This document shows positions 1-10,179 of a stretch of 38,374 bases of DNA, piece by piece. How positions within the stretch are numbered: position 1 is the first letter of the stretch; each line of letters opens with the position of its first letter. Under the pieces are notes generated by a model, which did not search any database, had not been told where the DNA came from, and saw nothing but the letters and a program-made list of their open reading frames with translations. Source of the DNA: an uncultured archaeon (GTDB lineage Archaea > Micrarchaeota > Micrarchaeia > Micrarchaeales > CABMGC01); the NCBI GenBank assembly GCA_963787445.1, contig CAWBCT010000014.1, forward strand, positions 1-38,374. The letters are read 5' to 3'. The position numbers were made by a program, and so were the translations under genes.

Positions 1-23
1 AGACGCAGGCAAGCCATATATAT

Positions 24-1007
24 GTGAAAAATAAGATTGTTTGTGATAACCGTGGCCGAACCAGTCTCATTCAAAAAAGAAAGCTTCGGATGCGGGCGGG
101 CAGCTCGCCGAAGCCGAGGAGAGCCGAGGCGCAACCCACGCTGAAGACAAAAAGCATACTTCTCGTTGAAGATGAGAGGGCAACCCGGAGCACCATCTCA
201 ACCCTCCTGATCCGGAGGCTAAGCAGGCTTCAAGGCCTGGAGGTCGACGTTGACGCGCCAAAGAGCCCCGAAGAGATAGAAAAATTTATCTCTTCCAGGA
301 AGTACGACCTGATACTGCTGGACGGAAACCTGGGGCTGTTCGCTTTTAATGAAGAGACTGACGGCCCGAAGGTAGCCCGAAAGATAAGGGACGGGACCTA
401 CGCGGGCTTAATACAAAAACCGAGATCTGCACAATCACAACGGATGAAGCTGGCAAAAGAGTTTGGCAGCACCGTTACTGCGCTGGCCAAAACCACAATC
501 AGCGAGCCCGGGCAGCTTGCCCTCCTAAAGGACATGCTCACGCTTGATAACGACCTGCAGCGGTTCAGGAGCGGGTACCTGGAAGACGCCATTTCCGGGC
601 TTTCGGCGGAGCAGAAAGCAGGTTTCATCGCCATCCTGAAAAAGATAAGGTCGCTCAGTTTTGATTCTCCGAACACGGTGCCATTGCCTTCCTGGAAGGT
701 CTACCAGACGACCTCATTTGAAAATGTGAAGAGCATTGTCAAAGAGGTGAGGTTCGGAAACGACAAGCATCAGGAGGCGGAGCGCGCTGAGAGGAATGTG
801 GCGCTTTACTCAAGGCACGACATGTACTGGAACAAAAGGCGGTTTGCACAACGGGCCCTTGTCCAGGAGGTAGCCAGAAAAACGCTCGAGGGCGGAATCC
901 TTCCCGGCACGATAGTTGATTACGTATGCGAAGTGGTTGCAATCGGAGCGCGTTTCTACCTGACCAGGATACCGGCGAAAAGGAGTTCAAAAATAAGGCG
1001 GTGCTGA
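24..1007 (+). CDS. Orphan protein with an N-terminal response-regulator receiver-like domain; true start uncertain, may continue via frameshift into 926-1177
   Basis: ILLVEDE ... YDLILLDGNLG ... DGPKVARKIR matches the receiver-domain acidic pocket and phospho-Asp pattern. Confidence 0.5.
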   Translation: MKNKIVCDNRGRTSLIQKRKLRMRAGSSPKPRRAEAQPTLKTKSILLVEDERATRSTISTLLIRRLSRLQGLEVDVDAPKSPEEIEKFISSRKYDLILLDGNLGLFAFNEETDGPKVARKIRDGTYAGLIQKPRSAQSQRMKLAKEFGSTVTALAKTTISEPGQLALLKDMLTLDNDLQRFRSGYLEDAISGLSAEQKAGFIAILKKIRSLSFDSPNTVPLPSWKVYQTTSFENVKSIVKEVRFGNDKHQEAERAERNVALYSRHDMYWNKRRFAQRALVQEVARKTLEGGILPGTIVDYVCEVVAIGARFYLTRIPAKRSSKIRRC

Positions 1008-1476
1008 CCAGGTATGTCAACGAGTGCATGACTGCACTGGATGCGGGATACATACCTCTCGGATACGAACCGGATGGAAAATTTGGAGTTTACGCCCTCT
1101 CCGATACCTCTTTGCAATCGCAGCACATTGAACTTCCGAACGCCCCAGGAACTTTAACTGAGGAAAAAAGGGATTGATAAAATGGGTCCGACAAAAAGAA
1201 AACAGATAAGACCGGCGATAGGCAAAAACCCAGAGGCACTCCAACAACTGCTCAGGCGCGAATCGGACAGGGATAATGAAAGCGGTGCAACAAAGTGGTC
1301 CCTAAACGGCTACGAGCTGACCCCTGGCCTGTTCTTTGCAGGAAAGTTTTACCTCGAAAACAACGGCACGCGTCCCAGCCCGTTTTCATCCGAATAGCGG
1401 ACAGGAAAGCGTCATAAAACTGTCCGCTAATTAGCAAACTTTTTAAATGCGCCTATCCTAGTAGCATTCGGCGACC

Positions 1477-1731
1477 ATGGAGAGGCAAGCACAGCGTAGT
1501 GCAGCGATGCTAAAGCCCTTAGTTAGAACTCTGAAATATGCAGCCATATCATCCGTGATCGCCTTCACCCCTTTGCTGAGAGGCCAGGGTGCTGAGATCA
1601 AGAGCGTGGTAAACAACGAGCCATCGGCGGCGATGAGCATCATCGGAACGGTTTTCCTAGTTGCTGGAACTATAGGCGTCACGCGCCAGCTCAGCAAGGG
1701 AAAGAGGATCGAGAGCGAGACCTTCGGCTAA
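1477..1731 (+). CDS. Small membrane protein (signal-like helix plus C-terminal TM helix)
   Basis: ATG start downstream of TTTTAAA box; two hydrophobic segments. Confidence 0.5.
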   Translation: MERQAQRSAAMLKPLVRTLKYAAISSVIAFTPLLRGQGAEIKSVVNNEPSAAMSIIGTVFLVAGTIGVTRQLSKGKRIESETFG

Positions 1732-1777
1732 TCCGAAAGCCATTTTAATTATAATACCCAGTTATAACTGTGATATT

Positions 1778-2251
1778 ATGGTAGAGATTGGCGAGAGCCT
1801 TCCTGAGATGCAGTTTGTCGACACTGAGCTGAAGCCCGTGTCGTTGTCTTCGCTGAAGGGCAAGCCCGCGCTGGTCGCTTTCTATCCCGGCGCCTTCACC
1901 GGCGTCTGCACCAAGGAGATGTGCACGTTCAGGGACAGCATGGCAAAGCTCTCGGCGCTCAACGCGGCGATAGTTGGAATAAGCGTGGATTCGCCGTTCT
2001 CCAACGGCGAGTTCAAGAAGCAGAACGGGATAGGCTTTCCCCTCCTGAGCGACTACGACCGCGCAGGAGTCAGGAGGTTCGGCATAGAGCTCAACAACTT
2101 CGCAGGCCTGCAGGGCTTCACCGCGGCAAAGCGCGCAGTCTTCATAACCGATAGGAGCGGGGTGGTCAGGTTCAAGTGGGTCTCAGATGACCCGACAAAG
2201 GAGCCGGACTATGCGGTCCTGATGGCCGAGCTTCAGAAGGCTTCTGGCTAG
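1778..2251 (+). CDS. Peroxiredoxin (Bcp/PrxQ-AhpE type)
   Basis: FYPGAFTGVCTKEMC (PxxxTxxC plus second Cys), GISVDS, FPLLSD, KRAVF motifs. Confidence 0.93.
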   Translation: MVEIGESLPEMQFVDTELKPVSLSSLKGKPALVAFYPGAFTGVCTKEMCTFRDSMAKLSALNAAIVGISVDSPFSNGEFKKQNGIGFPLLSDYDRAGVRRFGIELNNFAGLQGFTAAKRAVFITDRSGVVRFKWVSDDPTKEPDYAVLMAELQKASG

Positions 2252-2900
2252 AGCTGCGCGTGCGCGGCCTACGGACAGGCCTTTCGGGTTTCCCAAACGG
2301 CCATCGGTCTCTTTCGTATTGTTTCAGAAGCTCTTCGGGTGCCGCGTCTATGTTTTCAAGCGCGACGAGCTCGACGAGAGCGGGGTGCTCGTTTCCGTAT
2401 TTAGACACCAGGATGCCAGAGTTGGCGGCAAATTTTTGGAAGAGCTGTTCGCTGTCGCCGGTGCAGATGATCGCCAGCCTTTGGAGCATGTAGTCGGAGC
2501 TCTTCCGATGGGCAGCCTTCAGCTCAAGGAATCTTGCCCTGACTTCGTTCAGCCTGCCCTGCAGGTCGGCGGGTTTTTCCAGCACTATCCGCTCCCTCAT
2601 TAGCCTTGACAGTTCCGGGTGGGTTCTTCCGGAGATTCGTACCTTGCTCAGCACCTCGGGGCTGTTCTTCTCGTAGATGCCCGTGTAGGCAGACCTTGGG
2701 GCCTTTGCCGTTTTTCCGTTGGGCTGTGAACTGAGTTTAAAGTCCCCCTTACGGGTCTTGGGCCCTGACTTCGCCGGGACCTTCTCCCTGCGGATCTGCC
2801 TGAAGGAGCGGAGGATCCCCGCGATTGCCGGATCAGCACCTACGCACTGCGCAGCGCTCCCGGCTCTCTGCCTATGCATTATTGCTGCCATCATGAACAC
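2172..2900 (-). CDS. Hypothetical protein
   Basis: 242-aa ORF with TATA-like motif ~40 bp upstream; 3' end overlaps the peroxiredoxin, so the end may be mis-framed. Confidence 0.45.
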   Translation of the reverse strand: MFMMAAIMHRQRAGSAAQCVGADPAIAGILRSFRQIRREKVPAKSGPKTRKGDFKLSSQPNGKTAKAPRSAYTGIYEKNSPEVLSKVRISGRTHPELSRLMRERIVLEKPADLQGRLNEVRARFLELKAAHRKSSDYMLQRLAIICTGDSEQLFQKFAANSGILVSKYGNEHPALVELVALENIDAAPEELLKQYERDRWPFGKPERPVRRPRTRSSSQKPSEARPSGPHSPAPLSGHLRPT

Positions 2901-3024
2901 GGTCTTCTAGCGGTTGAATTGCAGGTTCACCTTTGTTTTTCCTGATTTATAAGCTATGCGGTTTCATTTTTCCAACGACAGCCTAGACAGTACGCTTAAA
3001 TATCTTATTCAAAAATAGGGTTAC

Positions 3025-3324
3025 GTGATCGGGATGAAGGAACTCGTTGTGCATCAGTCAAACCATGTGAAGCTGCGTTTGAGGACGCGCGAACATTACT
3101 TTGCGCCAAACCCTGACGATATCCGCGCAAGGCGCATGACCCGGGAGTTTGTCGACCAGCTCCGGGAAGCGGGAGGGGACATCAGGCCTTCCACATCCAA
3201 TCCCCTCATCGGAAAGGTGGACTCGCGAAATTTTGCGCATGACTTGCGAAGAATGGCGAAGAGCGGACTTAGGGACATCGTTAAGCTGGTCCAGTCGGAC
3301 ACCCTGGACCTGCTCACGGAATAA
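3025..3324 (+). CDS. Hypothetical protein
   Basis: ORF preceded by CTTAAATATCT promoter motif at ~2995-3005. Confidence 0.5.
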   Translation: MIGMKELVVHQSNHVKLRLRTREHYFAPNPDDIRARRMTREFVDQLREAGGDIRPSTSNPLIGKVDSRNFAHDLRRMAKSGLRDIVKLVQSDTLDLLTE

Positions 3325-3401
3325 TCTGGCCTGCACGTTCTCGGATGGCAAAGCCTAACGTTTAAATATAGATACGTCTTAAGGTAATTCGGGAAGATTA
3401 T

Positions 3402-3635
3402 ATGGCAAAGAAAAAGAACACGAAAAAGAGTGTGAATCTTAGACAGGAGGAGCAGAAGATCGACAAGGAGCTCAAGAAGTCGGGATTCACCCATAGCAAG
3501 ATAGTCGGCATAATAATAGCCGTGATAGGCATCCTGTTGGTGCTCTTCAACCTGGCTGGAATACTTATGGCGATAGTCGGCATAGTCCTGATCTACTTCG
3601 GGCTGAAGATGCTCGGCTTCAATGTCAAGCTTTAA
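3402..3635 (+). CDS. Small membrane protein (2 TM)
   Basis: Basic N-terminus followed by a hydrophobic hairpin; TTTAAATA box upstream. Confidence 0.7.
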   Translation: MAKKKNTKKSVNLRQEEQKIDKELKKSGFTHSKIVGIIIAVIGILLVLFNLAGILMAIVGIVLIYFGLKMLGFNVKL

Positions 3636-3646
3636 TTGGTAATAGT

Positions 3647-3907
3647 ATGAACGCATGGGAAACAATAACTGGAATACTGGTCTTTCTAATTGGAATAGCG
3701 CTCTTCTGGCAGAGCTACAACACGTCTGTGTCGTGCAACTCTATCGGAGGGCAGATCTCCATGTTCTTCACCTCGCTGGTTGGAGGCACTGGAGCACAGA
3801 TGTGCTACAACTCCGTCATAATCGAGGTCGGGAGCGTAATAGCCGCGATAATCGGCGTTGTAGTCATCTACGCCTCATTCAGGAAGACGCCGGCAAAGAG
3901 AAGATAA
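3647..3907 (+). CDS. Small membrane protein (2 TM, paired Cys in loop)
   Basis: Hydrophobic N- and C-terminal helices, basic tail; co-oriented 11 bp after previous gene. Confidence 0.7.
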   Translation: MNAWETITGILVFLIGIALFWQSYNTSVSCNSIGGQISMFFTSLVGGTGAQMCYNSVIIEVGSVIAAIIGVVVIYASFRKTPAKRR

Positions 3908-3938
3908 ATGATTGTAATGGACCGCCACATGGGCCTCT

Positions 3939-4172
3939 GTGGAGGCCCCCAAGGTCCATACCTGTGATATGATGTCAAAGAAGTGCATTGTCTGCGGCAA
4001 GAGTCCGAAGAAAATGACTGCTAATCCTGCCTATCCCAACAAGTACATCTGCCTGGAGTGCCTCAACGGTTTCATGGTAAACATGACAACCCTAGAGGAG
4101 GAGCTCGATCCACTCGAGAACGCGCTGGCAAAGGGCGCGGCGGCGCTGAAGAAGGCCCTGGACAAGAGTTAG
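3939..4172 (+). CDS. Small C4 zinc-finger protein (start probably near 3969)
   Basis: CIVC...ICLEC motif. Confidence 0.6.
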   Translation: MEAPKVHTCDMMSKKCIVCGKSPKKMTANPAYPNKYICLECLNGFMVNMTTLEEELDPLENALAKGAAALKKALDKS

Positions 4173-4297
4173 GAAAGAGTTTCTCCCTCGACAGAATTCG
4201 CATCCATGGGTATGGAAAAACATCCTTTTTAAGCCCGGGTCCGGCTTCAGCAAGCCTTTTAAAGGTGTAAGTTTACGATTATTATCGGGTAGAGAAG

Positions 4298-4894
4298 ATG
4301 TCTACAAAAACAGCTCAAAAAGGCAATCAGGTGCTGAAGAACGCACTCAGAGCGGGTGTCGCCACAACCACTTTCGCGGTTGCGGCCATGATGGCAGGAT
4401 GCAGCCAGTCGTCAGGAAGCTCGCAGCAGGTTGCCCGGGACTCCCCGTCCGCGCAGGCTAGCCAGGAAGAGGTCAGGGGCGTAATCGTAATAAACGAGTC
4501 GAACTACATGAGCATTTTCAGCTCTCTAAAGCTGATGGTTGCAGATGATAATAAGTGTGAGGTTGCCTACCGGCTTGAACAGCCAGCCAGAATGATGGAT
4601 CCCAAGCTTGATCCGGGCATCAAGGAACCGTTTGTAAAGCCTATCGTAGAGGGCAAGGTAATCGGCGTGATAAGCACGCAGCCAGGACAGGATTGGCAAC
4701 ACCGCAAAGTGATAACCTACATGTTTGATCTGAAGAGGGATCCCCTTGTACAGAAGTTTTCTCGCTGGCAAGAGGTACAGGAGGGAAAACTGGAGAGGTC
4801 AGTCATAGACACTTGCACCGGCTACATAAACAACAAAGTTAAGGAAAAGAATGGGGACCTGGTCAACGGTCAGGTTCTTGCAGACGCAAACTAG
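4298..4894 (+). CDS. Putative lipoprotein
   Basis: Basic N-region, hydrophobic stretch and lipobox-like MAGC followed by Ser/Gln-rich linker. Confidence 0.65.
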   Translation: MSTKTAQKGNQVLKNALRAGVATTTFAVAAMMAGCSQSSGSSQQVARDSPSAQASQEEVRGVIVINESNYMSIFSSLKLMVADDNKCEVAYRLEQPARMMDPKLDPGIKEPFVKPIVEGKVIGVISTQPGQDWQHRKVITYMFDLKRDPLVQKFSRWQEVQEGKLERSVIDTCTGYINNKVKEKNGDLVNGQVLADAN

Positions 4895-4992
4895 CCCGTT
4901 GCAAAAATCAACATATTTTAGGTTAGTGGCAACCGGTGCCGTCCGGGATAAGTACGCTTAAATATCTGGCAAAATACAGGCTAAACGATGCA

Positions 4993-5484
4993 ATGCAAGC
5001 GGTAACAGCACCCCATAAAAGTAAGGCAGTGGCACAGCAGAGGATACTGATTGACGGACCCGGAAGTGCTGGGAGCCTGGTCGAATTTGCACGGAGACAC
5101 AACTCCCGGATACCATCCATCAAGGAGGTCATCTTCGCAATAAGGGATCCGAACGGACGCAAGGGATTTGTCGGTTCGAAGTTCTGGGCAAGCTGGGGAA
5201 CAAACGAGAAGTTCACGAAGTTTGAGTACTGCATGATAGAGCCGTCTGAGGGCAGGATCGTAACGACCTCGCTGGAAACCTGGTCCATGCTTCGCCCAGG
5301 GCAAAAGGCGTTTGTCCGCGGCGTCATGGAGCTCAAAAAAGGAGACCTGGTTTTTATAGAGCTTGACAGCGGCGAGATGGGCTATTTCGGTCTCTCCGTC
5401 TCTTCCGGGCCCGGCAACACAACGATAACCTTCTACACCCTGCTCGAAAAGATCGGCAGGGATCTCAAACTTCTGAGGAGATAA
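4993..5484 (+). CDS. Orphan paralog of 5955-6404, distantly similar to the DGR target (possible C-type lectin-like fold)
   Basis: RIPSIKEVIFAI..FW..EGRIVTTSLETWSMLRPGQKAFV aligns with RLPSVREFILAI..FW..EGTVVEVTQEEWRALPFEQRAYA; start chosen from promoter position. Confidence 0.6.
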   Translation: MQAVTAPHKSKAVAQQRILIDGPGSAGSLVEFARRHNSRIPSIKEVIFAIRDPNGRKGFVGSKFWASWGTNEKFTKFEYCMIEPSEGRIVTTSLETWSMLRPGQKAFVRGVMELKKGDLVFIELDSGEMGYFGLSVSSGPGNTTITFYTLLEKIGRDLKLLRR

Positions 5485-5523
5485 ATCAGCAGGCTTAAAT
5501 ATCTGGGAAATTAACGTTTTGTC

Positions 5524-5796
5524 ATGGACAACGCCAGTTTGTTTGTACGAACTAAAGATAACAAGACCCTCGAGTTCAGGATCGATCCGGTGAGGATTGG
5601 GCTGAGGGGTGCGCAGCGTGCCCTGGAGTATCAGGACAAGGCAGCAGCAACTAGCGTTCTTATTACGGCGTTCAGGGGAGTGAAGCGCGGATCGAGGAGG
5701 CTGACCCTAAAGGAAACCACCTCGATGATGCAGTCAAGCAAGGAGGTCTCAATGGTCATCAAGCCATCCCACGTTAGACATAGGGCAAACCACTGA
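5524..5796 (+). CDS. Hypothetical protein
   Basis: ATG about 25 bp downstream of CTTAAATATCTGGGAAA motif. Confidence 0.55.
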   Translation: MDNASLFVRTKDNKTLEFRIDPVRIGLRGAQRALEYQDKAAATSVLITAFRGVKRGSRRLTLKETTSMMQSSKEVSMVIKPSHVRHRANH

Positions 5797-5954
5797 TCGC
5801 ACGGAGGTACTGGTCTCTCAAAGCAGAAGGTGAGCGTGAAGAGACCTGGCAAATTGGACAAGACTAAGAACCAGTTAGCAACTCCCGAACATTGTTGGAA
5901 TATTTCCTAAAGCACGCATATATATCAGAAAATACAATGTCTATGTGTGGTGAA

Positions 5955-6404
5955 ATGCCTTCAACAAAATCAACTCCTCAAAGCGACCCAAAAAATAACA
6001 AGAGACCCATAATAACCATATTACAGCAGTACGCAAGCAGGTCGGAAACAAAGCAAATTGCGACGACAAATGGGGGGAGGCTGCCTTCGGTAAGGGAGTT
6101 CATCCTCGCAATAAAGGGAAAGGAGCAGAACAAGCAGCTGAAGGAGCAGTGGTTCTGGACCTCGGACGACGGGCTGATGATCTCAAAGGAGTCAAAGATA
6201 GATTACAAGGAGGGCACGGTCGTTGAAGTGACGCAGGAGGAGTGGAGAGCTCTTCCATTTGAGCAAAGGGCCTACGCGTTGAGCGGGACCGGGCCGGTGG
6301 CAGTATACTTCTACCAAAACAGCAGGGAGGACCACTCGAGCACGCTGACCATGGACTCAAACAGGGGCGCGCTTGCAGCCAAGGTAGCTTACATCGAAAT
6401 CTAA
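5955..6404 (+). CDS. Paralog of the DGR target protein (possible C-type lectin-like fold)
   Basis: NKQLKEQWFW vs KQQLKGKWFY and RAYALSGTGPVAVYFY vs TVYLYKGTQPLSLDVY in 35779-36426; GGTGA RBS before ATG. Confidence 0.65.
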   Translation: MPSTKSTPQSDPKNNKRPIITILQQYASRSETKQIATTNGGRLPSVREFILAIKGKEQNKQLKEQWFWTSDDGLMISKESKIDYKEGTVVEVTQEEWRALPFEQRAYALSGTGPVAVYFYQNSREDHSSTLTMDSNRGALAAKVAYIEI

Positions 6405-6501
6405 GTGATGGTTAGCAACTCTTGAATATTGTTGGGATGATGAGAGATTTCTGAATGGACACACATAAATATCTGAAAAATATTTGTTTATTAGTGAGAA
6501 G

Positions 6502-7116
6502 ATGGCAAAAAGAATACGGAATTCGAATGCAGTTATGCTTAAGAGCCAATATGATGCAGTACCTTTATTCGAGGCACTTAGACTCGTCCCGAAAAATAAA
6601 TTGCTGATAGATGTAAAACGCGCATCGGACTTGGTTGATAGATTGATGCTTATTGCAACGGGAACCGTCGTTGGTTTCGCGGAGGTGGATAAGCCTCTAG
6701 GCGCTCAGATCACATTCCACACATTTACTTTAGAGATCCCAAAGGAATATCAAGATGTGACTAATAAGGCAATACTTTTCGACCCCGGTCAGTATACCCT
6801 TGAGAAGTTAGGAGAAGGAGTGATAGCTAAAGGTGCAGAGCCGAAACTGATAGTGTTACCCAGGATGAAAGGGCAATACAAGCCCGATCCGGAGACCGGC
6901 ATGCCAACAATCACACTAAGTGAAAAAGGTGACTGGCCAAGCCTATATCTAGACATTGATGCCGGTGCGTACGCGGGTCCGGTGGTTTGCGGAAGTGCTC
7001 CGGCAGTTACTGGGTTCGGTGCTTGGGGTACGACTATCTTCCTCCATGTATTTCATTCAGAGGGATTTGGAGCAACAGTCGTTGTCCCAAAAAGGCAAAA
7101 GGTTCCATCCAAATGA
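6502..7116 (+). CDS. Hypothetical protein, C-terminus reminiscent of DPANN DGR variable proteins
   Basis: Long ORF after TAAATATCTGAAAAA motif; ends YAGPVVCG...FGATVVV (family resemblance from memory, unverified). Confidence 0.6.
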   Translation: MAKRIRNSNAVMLKSQYDAVPLFEALRLVPKNKLLIDVKRASDLVDRLMLIATGTVVGFAEVDKPLGAQITFHTFTLEIPKEYQDVTNKAILFDPGQYTLEKLGEGVIAKGAEPKLIVLPRMKGQYKPDPETGMPTITLSEKGDWPSLYLDIDAGAYAGPVVCGSAPAVTGFGAWGTTIFLHVFHSEGFGATVVVPKRQKVPSK

Positions 7117-7559
7117 GAATATGGAGTTATGATGCAATAACATCATGTATTTCATTTTCCTGAAACAAAAACAGAACCACTTAAAGCATCTCATTTCGGA
7201 ATTATGGAAAACAAGGCCTATTGGTGAGCCCATCCCTATTGCCAGCCAAAACAGGATGGTTTGACAGCCTTTTCCTCGTGCGGCATTTTTTCTATCATCA
7301 GCATGGAAGTGCCACCGATTTTATCAGCAGTATGGAATCCCAAAAATGACTTGGACAGAAAGCAAGAAGTAGTGGACAAAAGGCTGCACGACGACAAATA
7401 CATGCCCTAAATAAGCCCTAATTAAGCGTTCTTTTTCCTTTCAGTAGATTTGTGTGCATAGACTAAAGATGCACTACAGCTCAAATGCAAGCAGAATAGA
7501 AAAATGGAGAAATAGTCTGGGTAAAACTAGAAGGATATTAGTATGTCTTATTTGAATCC

Positions 7560-7985
7560 TTATTTGTTCACTGATGCTTGCGATTGATAGATCGCAGACC
7601 CGACAGCCACAGCTTCTACGAAACTATCGCCCGAAGCTGATTTGATTTTAATCTCATTGCGCTTTGCAGCTACAAATGCCAAAGCCGCTTTACTTCCAGA
7701 TGCTCTTGCACACTGTTCAGCATCATCAAGATAATAGTACTGCACCATCTCACTTATGCATTGATCTCGAGCATGATCGTCGTGTCTTGCAATTGCAGAT
7801 TTGCATGCCTCTACTCTCTGTGCCTCATCTCTCTTGTCTAGCTGTGAAGCGACACCGGATAGTGCAATAATGCCAGTCGCCGCTGAAATGGAGAGGAGTA
7901 AGCCTGCCTCTTCACGGGCTGATCTCAAAAGACTACGGATCGTCGGGTTCTTTTTAGGCTGGACTTGAATTATGTTGTTTGCCAT
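7560..7985 (-). CDS. Membrane-anchored hypothetical protein
   Basis: Single hydrophobic helix followed by Cys-containing helical region; promoter motif at 8007-8021. Confidence 0.6.
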   Translation of the reverse strand: MANNIIQVQPKKNPTIRSLLRSAREEAGLLLSISAATGIIALSGVASQLDKRDEAQRVEACKSAIARHDDHARDQCISEMVQYYYLDDAEQCARASGSKAALAFVAAKRNEIKIKSASGDSFVEAVAVGSAIYQSQASVNK

Positions 7986-8108
7986 TTTCCCACAAATAAT
8001 CTTGTCTTTTTCAGATATATACAAATATCGGCGACTTACCCTAATATGCTAGTGCATAGTAGAGCGTTTAGCCAAGATAAAGCTAGCAAAACTAGAATAG
8101 TCTTAGAG

Positions 8109-8372
8109 CTACTCTCGTTTGCACATCTTTTCTCCGTATATGTTTGAAACGCGTCCCTCTTTTCTTAACGTCTCGCTATGCCTTAGGTAGGCTCCGGTCG
8201 TCCCGCCAACACTAACAGCAAAAATCATTGCGCCAGTCAACTCTACGCCATTCTTTCTGAGTAGATGGCCTAGGGCTCCAACGCCTATGCCAAGAGCCAG
8301 AGAGCCCACATAAAACTTTGCTGCATCGTTCTTTAGGAAGCTCCCCGAAACATCGACTGATTTTAGTGCCAT
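8109..8372 (-). CDS. Small membrane protein (2 TM)
   Basis: Gly-rich hydrophobic helices; promoter motif at 8393-8408. Confidence 0.6.
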   Translation of the reverse strand: MALKSVDVSGSFLKNDAAKFYVGSLALGIGVGALGHLLRKNGVELTGAMIFAVSVGGTTGAYLRHSETLRKEGRVSNIYGEKMCKRE

Positions 8373-8436
8373 TTTCTCACAATTATTATTTCTTTTTAGA
8401 TATATAAGGGCACTCAGATATGACTGATTTTGATTA

Positions 8437-8682
8437 TTAGTCCCTCCTTGAAAACTTTACTGCCTCCCAGACAACGGCCGTGACGGCGAGCGTGGCCGCG
8501 GATGTCTTTATTGGATGCTCTTTGAAATCCTTCCTTGCGTCCGGATGTATCGCAACGCAGTAGAGAAGTATGCCGGCAGCTCCGATCACTGGCGGAAGCG
8601 CAGCCATCCCCGCTTTCCTGAGGAGCGGAGCAAGAGCTGTGCTCCCGTCCTTTCTTTTTGAGGCCTTGGATTTAACGTCCAT
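8437..8682 (-). CDS. Small membrane protein
   Basis: GGTGG RBS, two hydrophobic segments. Confidence 0.55.
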   Translation of the reverse strand: MDVKSKASKRKDGSTALAPLLRKAGMAALPPVIGAAGILLYCVAIHPDARKDFKEHPIKTSAATLAVTAVVWEAVKFSRRD

Positions 8683-8690
8683 TTTTCCAC

Positions 8691-9180
8691 CTAACCCCTG
8701 GCGCTGTCCCTCTGCGCCTTTTTCAGCAGCTCCTCCTGCCTCTCCACATCAACGGCCGCGACGCCGAAGTCTATCGCAGCAATCATCCTGTGGATGGGGT
8801 CGCTGTTCTCGAGCGAGAGGTCCCTTTTTTCCTGCTCGATCAGGCTGTAGAACATCGAGAACCGTCCGTCCCTCAGGTTCTCCCGGTCGAGCTTTTTCAG
8901 CAGCCTGAGCGCCATCTCCGCGTCCTCGCTCTCGTTGATCATGAAAAGGAGGGGCCTGAACAACGGACATGGTCGTGCCGTAGTCGTGGGATCCGGTGTT
9001 GAGGAGCATTACGCACCGGAAAATCTCCTCGGACTCCTTCGGGTACTTCCTGGCCACATCCTCGATGAGGAAGCGCGTGACCGTGGAGGTGTTGCCGAGG
9101 CCCTCGACGGACCTGACCAGCTGTTTAAAATTGCTGCCCGGGTTGCCTCTTTCCACATTGCCCAGTGACCTGGTCGCCAT
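8691..9180 (-). CDS. Hypothetical helical protein, apparently frameshifted near 8965
   Basis: ORFs 8749-9180 and 8691-8963 read as two halves of one protein. Confidence 0.45.
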
Positions 9181-9218
9181 CGTCCCACATTAGTTATCTG
9201 CAACTGCCGGCTGCGCGG

Positions 9219-9526
9219 TTATACCCTAAGCTCTCCGCTCAAGGTTTCAACAGTATCCGTGGCGCCGGCGAGGGTGAATAGCCTGCTCAGCTCTCCGCTG
9301 TCGTAGACATAGTGCTTGTTCGCACGGTCGCCCTCGAACGGGACCGTGTGCTGCGCGACAAAGTAGCCTGCGCGCGTGGGCTTCTCGCCCTCGTTGACCA
9401 CGGTGTCCTGCCTAAGGCGTGTCACCCATGCCCCTCCCTCGCCTACCCTAGACTTGTAAAGCGTAACGCCATCCATCTTCGACAGGTCCTTACCGGAGAT
9501 GCCGCTGTTTTCCTAATTATTGCCAT
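9219..9526 (-). CDS. Hypothetical protein, apparently frameshifted near its 5' end
   Basis: Promoter motif at 9550-9564 points to ATG 9526, which is out of frame with ORF 9219-9476. Confidence 0.4.
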
Positions 9527-9669
9527 TATCTCACAATTATTAATATGACTTTTCAGATATATACGGATGTCGACTTAGTACGCCTAGCGTGCTATGATGT
9601 GAAAGGATGTTTAGCTAAGAGACAGGATCGGTATCTCTTTTAGCAAAAAACATCCTCTACTTTTGTTTT

Positions 9670-10179
9670 TTACCTTGATGATATTTTTCTCATCATGTGT
9701 TTAGCAAATTCCATATAAACGTTGTTATCGGATTGGAGTACTTCCGGAGCATTTGTGAAAACCACTCCCTCGTTCCATTCAACTTTCCAAAAAACCCGGT
9801 AGCTTCTGCAACCATTAGCAGAGGTGTCTTTCTTGGCGAAGAGGGAGAGATAGTCAACATTTCCTACATACACACCAGCCACCTTTTGAAGGGCGTAATG
9901 GTAATTATTTGCATATACTTCGCCCTCCAGTGCCTGGAACGATCTGCACGATCTAGGCGCAATATAGCATTGCTGACCGGTATAAGCACGCACAAGCGCG
10001 ACCCCGTTGTCTTTCTGCCGTTTAGGGTCCCGCATCAATATCGAGAAGGGATTGGTCTTCCTCAAAAACTCAGAGAATTTAGCAGGATTCTGGCTTTCAA
10101 AGAGGCTCCTGGCATGGATTCTGAGTTCAAAGCCGTAAAGCCTGCTTGCCGGAGATTTGCCCTCGAGTAACCTGGTCAT
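9670..10179 (-). CDS. Hypothetical protein
   Basis: 169-aa ORF with promoter motif at 10205-10220. Confidence 0.6.
   Translation of the reverse strand: MTRLLEGKSPASRLYGFELRIHARSLFESQNPAKFSEFLRKTNPFSILMRDPKRQKDNGVALVRAYTGQQCYIAPRSCRSFQALEGEVYANNYHYALQKVAGVYVGNVDYLSLFAKKDTSANGCRSYRVFWKVEWNEGVVFTNAPEVLQSDNNVYMEFAKHMMRKISSR

Noticed and set aside
6290-6404. Remote VR of this TR in the paralog 3' end
   Set aside because: Nucleotide similarity to TR is low and differences are not confined to adenines
7117-7559. Possible gene or transposase remnant in a 440-bp intergenic gap
   Set aside because: Only short ORFs; no recognisable motif or terminal inverted repeats
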